Shown: piece after piece, positions 23,076-33,356 of the stretch
How the letters are laid out: the number at the start of each line of letters is the position of its first letter
Numbering within the stretch: the stretch's first letter is position 1
Source: Hydrurus foetidus
Taxonomy: Eukaryota
Direction of reading: 5' to 3'
DNA length: 43,092 nucleotides
NCBI GenBank assembly: GCA_900617105.1
Contig: UYFQ01000583.1
Location: 1 to 43,092 of the forward strand
Notes under the pieces: model-generated
What the model was told of the DNA's origin: nothing
The model's database searches: none
Seen by the model: the letters and a program-made list of their open reading frames with translations, nothing else
Position numbers and translations under genes: made by a program

Positions 23076-26000
23076 GGATTGGGGACATTAATGAAAAGTA
23101 CCCGTGTACACAGCAAATTAGTGAGCAGTGGATGGTGAAAGGAGGGTAGAAGAGGTGGTGCATGCGTTAACAGTGAGGAATGGACATAATAGCACATCAT
23201 CTCAGGAGCACTTCAAGATCGATTAATGAATAGAGGATGCTCTCACCTGGGTAGAATTGTATGCAGCTTATCGAAGGCGTTATGGGCCTCCTGCTCAGAG
23301 TTCAGTTTCAGATTGACGAGTCCAAGATTGTACAACCCTTCCACACAATCAGCCTCAACACCAACTAGAAAGTGTAACAAAGTTAAGGGAAATGAGGGAG
23401 AGTTACGGTGCGTACTTGTTTGTTAGAGAATGCGTAGTCAGATGGCATATTGCACACAAGTGTCTGCACTCGTGTGTCTGTGTGTACTGCGCAAGGCACA
23501 CGTAGTTGATGAATCGTCGTCAATGTCAACGTCGAGATGAGATAGAAGAGATAGAAGCGGTCCTCACCTGCTTCGAGAAACATCTCCTTCGCTCTAGCAT
23601 AATCCCCCGCCATGAAAAGACAGTTTCCTAAAGAGGAAAAGGGAGACAAGGAACATTGACTGGCGCAATCAGGAGTTCGTGGTAAGAGAAGTGTAGGAAG
23701 ACACACAAATGATTATAATAATGCAGCAGCCGAATAACCCTAGAGAAATCGTTGTGGTCAGCAGTAACACTGACCTTTGTTGACAAGCGCTTTTGCGTTG
23801 TATCTGTCTGACCGTATGGCAATATCTGCTTGTTTCTCCGCTTGTTGATAGTCACCTGGCAGTACGTACATTAAAAAGAGCAGTATGGTATTGTTTAGAA
23901 AGGCGGTGTATGAGCAGAAAAAAATTAAAAAAATTAACTGCATCAAGTCATACAGATCGGAAAAGAACTTATCATTCTATACACGCTGCTCAAAAAGAGG
24001 ATTGAGGAGGAACAGTGCCAATACATGTGTACTCTTACTTTATTAAGTCCAACAGGTGATGAAACCTTAAGTATCGTCAGCAGGCAGTAAACAATCGCAT
24101 CAAATAATGCAATACAAAGATGTAGAAAGGACAAATATCAAGAGTAGACTGACCTTCAAGAAAATAAATAAAGGAGAGGTTGGTTGCAGCCATTGCTTTC
24201 ATTTGTGTGTCCTTTCGTTCGAACGCTTTCAAGACCTCTATAGCATCTTCAAATCTGAATCCGTTAAAAGGATAGAGTGAGTTGCTTGGAATTTGGTTCA
24301 GGGTCTACTGATGAAACTGAGAACTTTCATCTCGGTCTCTTTCACACCCAAACAATTTGTCATTTTGGTTAGACAAAAAGTCATTCTATCTATTTATACA
24401 TTCATCTATCATCTATTGATACTCTTTGACACGTAATACCTCCTCTTCTTCATGTAAGCCATAGATAGATCTATCTCCAACTTATTCGCCACCGCCTACG
24501 AAACAAATAAGAAGTGATGAATATTTATATTTAATCAGATGAAAGTGCTTGATCTGTGTAACAGCACGTGTTTGGATATATGAATGAATGGGTATGTGAC
24601 ATCACAATGAAGCATTCGCAGGCGCGCATACGCACATCCACTTTAAGATATATATCAATGCAACACACAAGGAGAAGGACCTCATAGTCTGGTCTGAGCT
24701 GTTCCATCACCCACTTGTACCCAGCTACCCAGTCCCCCTTGTCCTCCACTACAGGCGCGATCAGGCGAGCAGCGAGCAGAATGCTGTCGCTTGCCTGCAT
24801 ACGTCATTGATCAGTAGAAGTTAACATTTGTTTTCATATCGATAGTAATATGGAAGATACCGCAATAAGATGTATGGCAGTAGAATCGATCATGGAAAAA
24901 TAGTACGAGTAGAAAATAACATTTGATGGGGTAGTATAAGTAGCTGCTACATGAACTTGAAAGTGGGAAGTCGCGAATGAAAACGGAAGGGGGAGGGGGG
25001 GGAGGAAGCGTACAACATGAGCCATGCGGCATGTGGCATATCGAAAGGTATATCAGTGCATTTGCTTGTTCGTACTTGTTCGTGACGTAGGTAAAGCTCT
25101 TCTTTGAGGAGATCTCTCCTCTCGTTGCTCGCATCCCCTCCCTCGTCCACTTTCTCCTCATCATCATCCGTCATGCCCATTATCGGTATACTCAGCATTT
25201 TCAAAAAGTGCCTCTTCATTTTTTCTTTATCCCCTCTTACGTATAAGCACAGCAGTAAGTTGAAGGCGGTTTGGATATCTGCTGAGCCCACCATTATTGA
25301 ATCGTAGCTGTCAACGGCATCCTGAAATTGTCCTAATTGAACAAAAGCATTTCCGATATTACGGAATATTCTGAACCGTAACTCCTTGCCAGTCGATGGA
25401 ATTTGATCGAGGGCCATTCTGTACATTTTTATCGCCTGCGGGAATTTCTTCTGTTCGTAATAAATGTTGCCCATATTAACCCTCAACCTTCCAGACTGTG
25501 GATATTGTTTATTCTTAACTATCAGCTGATACGTATTCAAAGCTTCTTCGAACATTTTGTTGTGAAAATATGCATTTGCCAAGTTGAAGCAAATGGCATA
25601 CGTCAGATCTGAGTTTATCTGCTCTACCAGACCTTTCCCTTCTCGAAATTTACAGAGAAGTCTCTCGGCTGAACATTTGTAAAGATGCAACAAATTCAGG
25701 TCAGTCGGCAATCGATTATTACAAGGACTGTTAAGTTACAAGCACGAGTGTTACCTTTACCAGCCTCCTTAGCTTTTTCGAGTCCCCTTTGCATGTCTTT
25801 TGCCACAATAAATTCTGCACTGGCTTCTATCAGTCGATGAACTCCCTTCAATTTGAGAGTCAGCATATGGTAGCAGAGGTCAATTTAAGGAAGTCAATGC
25901 TGTACTTCATTACTCAGACATACTCCGAGAAGGTCGTTAAAACTTGATGGCGAGTTTACCTTCTCCATTTCCTTCGCTTTATCCTCATGACTGTTCTCAC

Positions 26001-26772
26001 TTTTCTCAGCAAGCGGCGGTGCTGGTCCTTTACCAATGTTCAAAGGATCGAAAGCGCGGTTGCCCGAGTCCTTCGTTGATCCGTGGTATCCAGCACCTTC
26101 GAATCACAGGATCCATTCTTCTTAGATTGCAAACAAAATCAAGACACAGTTGAATACTCCTTCAGGACAAGACTTCACCTGATACTGATGTCATCGGTCT
26201 CGCCTCCCCCCCCCCTTGACTGCCAGTCATAAGGCGCCTATACAGCAGCGTATAAATGTAATGTTCAGAATTTGACGTCTATCGTACATCTGTAGATGAA
26301 AGATGTTTTCTCCATGGATTACTATGAACTTTCCGATAAAGAGGAACACATTTTTTTAAAGTATCCGCTCTTAATTCACAAAACAAATTGACATCTCCCG
26401 TTTGAAGTGTCCTACATAATCTAAGACTGCATACTCACCCTGTTCCTGGTACACCAGCTCTTGACATTGGTGCTCCACCACCCCGACCCATTGATGACAT
26501 AAGTGGACGTTGAGCCGATGTCCCCGGTGCTCTGTATGCTGTCATCAGCGGCTTCCCACCATAAGCGACCCCAGATGAAGTACCAGGAATGCCCCCTGTG
26601 TCAACACTAGTCACAAAAAAGAGGTATTTGATGATGTTAGCCTTGGTTCACGATAGATAAGTATTTTTTTCTTTGAGCTAATGCTGAATGGCCTACGGAG
26701 CGTAGATGTCTCTCACTTCGTGTTAAAATCGTACAGATGATCATCGTCACCACCGTTTGAGGCGCTGAACAT
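21655..26772 (-). CDS. IFT88: Intraflagellar transport protein 88 (TPR protein of IFT-B), intron-rich
   Basis: Diagnostic segments EARPMTSV, DLTYAICFNLANAY..NKMFEEALNTYQLIVKNKQYPQSGRLRVNMGNIYYEQKKFPQAIKMYRMALDQIP, DRYNAKALVNKGNC, ISWLGVWYVKREMYEQAI..F, VKWQLMVTSCYRR, and C-terminal DDFADTDVSDLLG. ATG at 26772. Confidence 0.95.
23026..23074. repeat. (TG)~24 microsatellite in an IFT88 intron
   Basis: Seen directly in the sequence. Confidence 0.98.
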
Positions 26773-27234
26773 CTCACTGCGCTCGACGAGATTGTAAGTT
26801 GTAGTGATGAAGTGCTACTTTCCCTTCAAATTGCTTGTTGGATGGGATTAATTCAGTTTCTGTTCGGGAATAGGTTCTAAAAATAGATGTTCTTGATACT
26901 AGTTCAGAAGTATATAGCCGTCAAAAGAATGCAATCGAAAATCTGAAACAGTCGAATGTCCCGCTGTCTCGCCCCGTACAGGCCAGCAGGGGCCAGCAGG
27001 GGTGCTGGGATTTCAGTGAATCAGGTGGATTCACAGCCAAAACATACACGCAAAAAATCCTCAGAATGACCACATTTCTGAAAATGTCTTGGTGAAAAGT
27101 CGAGTTTTTTTGGAATCCTCAAATCGAAACCTCAGAATCTGAGGTTTCGATTTGACAACGTCTACGATCGTCTGCAACCTCGATTTTTACCAACACCCAG
27201 CACAATTCATTACAATACCAGTATTACAGTAGCA

Positions 27235-28496
27235 ATGCAATCGTTAACTGCAATGGAAACTCCACCTCCAATCGCCAATGTCGTCGCTGCTGATCCCTCT
27301 TCAGTAAAGATTGCAGCGATTAGAGCAGCAACAACTGGACTTGAGTTTTTTGAAAGCCTACTTGCACTGCCAACAGGAAGGGACAGCAAATCCCAGGGAT
27401 ATACTTTCAACCGTTTCATCAAAGTCATGTTCAAAGAGGGGAAACTTCCACCAGAATTTGGCGCGCATAACTATGGTTCCATGAAGGTTGGAGAAAAAGC
27501 CACTCTACATGCGTCCATAAAAGGGCTGACAGTAGAAATTCACGGCAAAGAATTGTTCGACAAGTTGAGAGATTCTATTCTGATATCGTACGACATAGTG
27601 CCGATCACTGTAGCAGCAACAGAGGTCACTGAAGGTGTGGTTGTCAACCGTTGGGCCCTAATGGCCGAGTTCCTAGTGCATCCATCAGCACTTGACGCGC
27701 TAGAGGCCTATCACAATAAAATACCACAGGAGGGAAAGAATCTGTTACTGACTGACGGCATGAAGAATCATAGAAGAACGCAAATGGCTGAGCTCATGAG
27801 AATCTGTGAAGAGGATGTGGCACCTCATGTCAGCAACTTGTTCGGTGAGAAGTGGCCTGCGCTACTGAACATCCACCCTGAGAACGGTAAATTTAGCGAC
27901 GCCGAGCAGTTTTCGGCTTTACTGACTGAAAGCAAGAACGCATTCGATATACTGAAAGCAAACCTGGACAAATCAGGGACACAGGAGAGTGGTGAGATTG
28001 CAGACAGCACAGCACTGGAATTCTGCAAATACAATCAACGGAACTGTAAGCTGAACCATTTTTACCTCTGGCTGTGTTGGAAAGGAAAGGATCTTAACTT
28101 CCTCTCAAACAGTCTGTCGGCGGGCGTAGCGACAGGGGGGGTGAACCAGCCGCACAGTACTCTCGCTCAACGACCAATTCTACAAGCGGATCTTCAGTGA
28201 AACTGAGCCACTCCGATAGGAAGGCAGCTAAAGGGCAGCAGATTGAGAAAATTGCGACTACAATAGGCGATGTGATTAAGAACAGCTTACAAGCTATGAA
28301 CCCGACAACGCCTGACAATCTATCCCACAAGCGTGCTGAAGCTATCCTAGTAAGAGAAGCGGAGACTACTCTCAATTTAAGACTCAAAAGACAGCGAGAG
28401 GCTATTGAGGCGGAATCGTTCGCAACACTGTCCCCATGGCTGCAAAGAAAAATGAGATCAAGTTACTCTCAAACATTGAGTGAGTGCAATGAATAA
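27235..28496 (+). CDS. Harbinger accessory (ORF1, putative DNA-binding) protein, ~420 aa, with one frameshift in the G run at 28135-28141
   Basis: ORFs 27235-28200 and 28197-28496 join if one G is added. Position convergent to the transposase is typical of Harbinger. Function inferred from context only. Confidence 0.6.
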
Positions 28497-28598
28497 TAAT
28501 ATCATTATGTTTTGAATGTGATGTTGCAGCATTTGCTCAAAAATGAAAATAAGTAACAATTATAATATGCGACGATAAAATATTTCGAGAAAAGATAA

Positions 28599-30059
28599 TT
28601 AGAATATGTTAGCATCGGGATCCTCTTCTTCTCTGACAGGAGGCAATCCTACTAAATCTTCTGCCGACACAATCCTAAGTCCAGTTCCAAATATGAGTTC
28701 CATCATCTCTACTCTAAGATCTGACCTAGCTGCTCTAATGCCTATTCCCAGGTATCTGTTAGTTAATCTTTCAGCTACCTCATCATCGTCTGGTCTATAC
28801 AACTCATCCATGTTCATCTGTTCCGGTATGATCTCTAATTGTGTGGCTACATCTATTCCTCCCCTTCTGCCATCAACCAGCCATCTGTTGACACATATGT
28901 TGTGTAGTTTAGCACAACATTGTACCATCAATGAAACGTTCTTTAATCTACTGCTATTAGCGCACCACAAAATTCCCCATCTCCTAACTAACTGTCCGAA
29001 TGCTCTTTCTATGGTAATTCGCTGAGAGGAAAGTGTATGATTGAATGATCTCATTTTTAGATATAGAACCTTATGACGGTCAGGCAATAGAAATGCTCTT
29101 TGTAGCTGGTGACAGGTGAATGGTGTTAAGTGACAGCCACCTACACTACTATATGCTTCATCTAATACAAATGACATCCAGTTAGGTATCGATGTTGTGA
29201 GTGTTCTATTTGTTGAGTTTTTGTGTAAATCTGTCTGTTTATAAGCAGTAATATCATTGGTTGCACCAGGCCAACCAACCTTAAAATACCAGAAGTTTGT
29301 GTGTGCACCACAGAAGGCTTGCACAAGTAGTGCGAAGAAGCCTTTTCGATTCATATAGTTTTTAGAAGGACGACCTTCAAGGTCTGCTTTGACAGGTTCA
29401 GTGATCGGAACTACGAAACCATCCCCCGCTCCGCAAATCCCAGCTAGCATTTCGTCACCCATCGACCCGTGTTTAGCTGTGAGGACTGCTCGAAACTTTT
29501 CACTTTCAACTCGCCACTCTTCATTCGTAACAGGGACTTTAATATTGTCGATCACGTTGTTTATAGCCATGAGGTAGTCCTCGACGTACTCATGTACGTG
29601 GTCCACACTCACTCTGTACCAAATCATATCTAGATACTTCGCACCAGCTAGTATGCGTAGAGTGATCAACAATCTCAACTCAGGACAAATAGATGACCCT
29701 GAGCTCTTTCGCGCCATCACTTCATTCCTCTCAATTAAAGGTGCAATCTTGCTTAGCAAATCACCAAAGTCTTCGCGGCAGAGTCTGAACTGCCGTAGAA
29801 ACATATCATCGTCCCAAGATCTTACGTACTGCAGCGCTTCGGGTCGACTGTTACGACTGTTCCCTATTCTAGGTGGTTCCAGCGGTATGTTCGTGAATGC
29901 CATGATAGTTGCAGTAATTACAGCAATTATTGTCCCTTGAAGCCTTGCTCTCTTCTGTCGCTGAACATCGAATTCGACCAATTCGAAATTGTCATCTGCA
30001 AAATCGTTGACTAAATCGAGGTCCATCTGACTGTTGAATATCAGCTGCAAGCACCGCAA
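28599..30059 (-). CDS. Harbinger/HARBI1-like DDE transposase (DDE_Tnp_4 type); the true start may be the downstream ATG (MDLDL)
   Basis: FLRQFRL.REDF..LL, GAGDGFVVPI, YMNRKGFFALLVQA, GWPGATND, LDEAYS, FNHTLSSQRITIERAFGQLVRRWGIL, CCAKLHNIC. Confidence 0.93.
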   Translation of the reverse strand: MRCLQLIFNSQMDLDLVNDFADDNFELVEFDVQRQKRARLQGTIIAVITATIMAFTNIPLEPPRIGNSRNSRPEALQYVRSWDDDMFLRQFRLCREDFGDLLSKIAPLIERNEVMARKSSGSSICPELRLLITLRILAGAKYLDMIWYRVSVDHVHEYVEDYLMAINNVIDNIKVPVTNEEWRVESEKFRAVLTAKHGSMGDEMLAGICGAGDGFVVPITEPVKADLEGRPSKNYMNRKGFFALLVQAFCGAHTNFWYFKVGWPGATNDITAYKQTDLHKNSTNRTLTTSIPNWMSFVLDEAYSSVGGCHLTPFTCHQLQRAFLLPDRHKVLYLKMRSFNHTLSSQRITIERAFGQLVRRWGILWCANSSRLKNVSLMVQCCAKLHNICVNRWLVDGRRGGIDVATQLEIIPEQMNMDELYRPDDDEVAERLTNRYLGIGIRAARSDLRVEMMELIFGTGLRIVSAEDLVGLPPVREEEDPDANIF

Positions 30060-30362
30060 ACCAGCGCCTGAAGAATCTTGAAGGTCAGTGCCACTGTCAA
30101 TCTTATGTGAAGTACTGCTGTCGCTGTTGCGTAGTTGTGATGTGCTGAGAGTTGAGATAGCATCTTGAAAGTATCGGACGTAGGATGTCGGATCTCTATC
30201 TCACCAAAATTTTCTGTATGCTTCACTTTTGAGGAATCCTCAAACGTCGTCATTTGAGGATGTGAGGATTTGACGATCCGAGGATTATTTCTGTGTATGG
30301 GATGTATGTCAGTGACTCCGCGTAAGTCGACTTCGGACCCAAGACTCGTGAAATAAGACCAC

Positions 30363-30709
<347 letters not shown>

Positions 30710-30832
30710 CACCCAACCGGCACGCAGTAGTTGTTCATGTAGCACGCATTTGATTTTCAAACATAAGATGTCAAGGTGAATTGATTTGCATAACAGTAAG
30801 TCTAAGCTAAGTTGGATCTTCTTTGAGCGCCC

Positions 30833-31306
30833 TCACTCGCTCGCTGTCTCTGGTGCCCATCCCGTGAGGCACCCTCTCTCTCGCACGAACTGTGCACCCT
30901 GAAGCGGCTTGGCAAGTACGTTCGCGTACATGTCCTCCGAGCGCAGGTACTCGATCTTCACCTCGCCCTTGTCCACCCGCTCTTTGACCCAGAAGTAGCG
31001 GATCTGAATGTGCCTCGTGCGCTCCGCTCCTGATCGGACCTCGCTATGGGCGCCATGCAGGACTGGTTGTCCTGTAGGATCGTCATGGCCGGCATATGAT
31101 ACCCCTGTGCAATAAGAAAAGTACGGATAAATAGTCCCTGGTTGGCCGAGTCAGAGAGTCCCACTAGCTCTGCCTCGGTGCTTAACTTCGTGACGATGAG
31201 CTGCTTGCTTGACCTGCAGTGCACTGCTCCGACGTCTCCGATCACGACACAGCTCCCGGTGTGAGACTTCCCATCGTGGTGGACTCCATAGGACGCGTCC
31301 ACGTAG
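30833..31306 (-). pseudogene. Ty1/Copia pol C-terminal fragment (RNase H), frameshifted and 5'-truncated
   Basis: YVDASYGVHHDGKSHTG, SKQLIVTKLSTEAELVGLSD, QDNQS, then in another frame RTRHIQIRYFWVKERV...EDMYANVLAKPLQG. Confidence 0.92.
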
Positions 31307-32388
31307 CCACCTCCTCCTTTCAAGAAAGATCAAAAGACTCCACCGAAGTTTCCTTTCAAGAAACCTATTGTCGTGTCGGATTTCCATCGACCCCTTGTTG
31401 GATATCCCAAAGGAGTTGCATCGGCAAAGAATCCAGCAGGATACTCGCTGAATCAACTTACAGCCATCAGGACTTTGCAATCTGCCGACGTCGATGGTTG
31501 AACTTCAGGAGATCCTCATTACTTTTAAGGAGATGGATCCACATTGAACGATTCAATGTTATCCGATTCCAAATCGCCAATCCACAAGCCATCCCGGAAT
31601 TCTCTGAGTTCTACTTCATCCAACCCTTTCCAAGATTTCGAGAAATCAGAAGAAACCTGTACACCATTCTCAACTCTGTGGAGAATTACAACAAGTTTTC
31701 AGGATCGTCCCAATATGATTATGATGGAAGCAAGACGGATCCTTTTACTGGCATAGTCGTTGTCTTGCAAGACCTGACATCACCAGCAAGCTCTGCAGCT
31801 GAACCAAAGATGTCATATCTCTTTGTTGATTTTACTTGGTTTTCTGAGATTCCATCTATCTCAAGAACCGTAAACACCCGTGAAGATGTTCATACAGCAG
31901 ATAAAAGACTTATGAGGATGCTTTACAAAATTGGAAATAGATTCTTAGGTGCTTACGTTCAAATTCCAGATAGGGAGGGTTCCGAAAATTCATTCTATAT
32001 GAACTTCAATCCAACCTCGAATACGTACTATCATGATAATGATGTTGGATTCTGCCAATCAAGCATGTAGAGCATTGAGAGATACTTCATCGCAATTCGA
32101 TACATCATGGAGCATCCTGACATACCATGGCGTTTATTCCGAATTTTGTCTCTTACAATCAAATTCGACTTTATGTCGCTTTGCACCCAAATGCTACGTG
32201 ATTCTGTCTACATGCAAGCTGACATAGCACAAACTGGGGCAAATGTGGATTATACATTAAAGACATATCGTGCCAATATTATTTTCGTCGACCAAGTGAT
32301 ATTCCACAATGCATTCAGTGCCATCATCAGCACCATCAAACCTGCAGCTCCGTATCTGTCAGACCACTTGATTCTATCAAGATATGTC
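31307..32388 (+). pseudogene. Diverged, degenerate paralogue of the post-gag domain at 34677-35760
   Basis: Near-identical start (AAGAAAGATCAAAAGACTCCACCGAAGTTTCCTTTCAAGAAA) and collinear protein (PFPR.REIRR.L.T.LNSVE.YN.F, ADKRL.RMLYKIGNRFL, YMNFNP, MEHPDIPWRL). Contains internal stops. Confidence 0.88.
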
Positions 32389-33269
32389 TGTAGTAATATA
32401 GTTGCAAATATAGTTACAAATATATACATGTACGTTATGCGACACGTACGTACGTAAGTACACATGCAGATATGATAACATGCACACGTACACACGTACT
32501 TACACATGTTAGTGCATACTCATTTATGCATACGTACACACATGTACTTACACATGTACGTACATAGTCAATATGTACGTACGTACGTACGCACGCATGT
32601 AGCATAGCGTACACTTGTATGGTCACGTACACACGTACATACGTACGTGCACATGTTAGTACAAATTATTATATGCATACGTACACACACGTACTTACAC
32701 ATGTATGTACATATATAATATGTACGTATGTACGATCGCCAATAGCGTAGTACATAGATGTATAGGCGTACATACGTAAGTACCACTGTACTTACGCATG
32801 TACGTTCTTATACATACACATGCATACGTACTCCTATAATATCGCCATATAGCAGTTAGTACTCACGCATGTACGTTCATATACATATACACGCATACGT
32901 ACCCCTGTACTATCGCCATGTATCAGTTAGTACGAACCCTCTGACCTCACGCAAATGAACGTTCGCCTTTCATGATTCTTCAGTATCGCCAAAACACTTC
33001 GTTACTATAAGCATTCATGCAACGTTCCTCAAGCACATGCTATGAACAACACATCTCGCTGTGAACTTTGTCTCAAGGTAGTTTCACTGTCATGAACTGT
33101 TCTGATAGCTCTTTTGCGTGGCTATCTGTAAACTCTAATCAGAATTTAATACGTTGTACTTCACAGCTTCGTCTACTCGATAGCTCACTGAATTGAGACA
33201 GTAGCCTGCAGCTGCTTCTCCACCTTCGCTGCGAACGCTAGAAGGTGACATCTTGTATTTAGTCTTACA
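32389..33269 (+). repeat. Putative 5' LTR of Copia-like element C2, with low-complexity GTAC/CATG/ACGT-rich tandem repeats (32400-32932)
   Basis: TGTAG at 32389 ... CTTACA at 33269, directly followed by TGGTAGC. A 71-bp tandem duplication lies at 32791-32861 / 32862-32932. The LTR boundary is inferred, the repeats are seen directly. Confidence 0.5.
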
Positions 33270-33278
33270 TGGTAGCGA
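33270..33278 (+). other. Putative tRNA(iMet) primer-binding site of C2
   Basis: TGGTAGCGA follows ...TACA. TGGTAGC is complementary to the ...GCUACCA end typical of initiator tRNA-Met and lies 87 nt before the gag ATG. Confidence 0.5.
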
Positions 33279-33356
33279 TTGTTTATAGTGATTAAACGAT
33301 TGCCGTGGATTCCAGGATTCTGAATTTCCTTCCTCAACTTTCAGAACCCTGCAATC

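Larger units (their letters stand above)
27043..30299. mobile_element. PIF/Harbinger DNA transposon with two convergent ORFs; exact termini uncertain
   Basis: DDE transposase (-) converges on an accessory ORF (+). Imperfect inverted ends CATACACGCAAAAAATCCTC (27043-27062) and GAGGATTATTTCTGTGTATG (30280-30299), 17/20 match. Subterminal ATCCTCA/TGAGGAT repeats. Confidence 0.85.

Noticed and set aside
32791..32932. CRISPR-like repeat array
   Set aside because: Adjacent degenerate tandem units without unique spacers, no cas genes, and a eukaryotic context.
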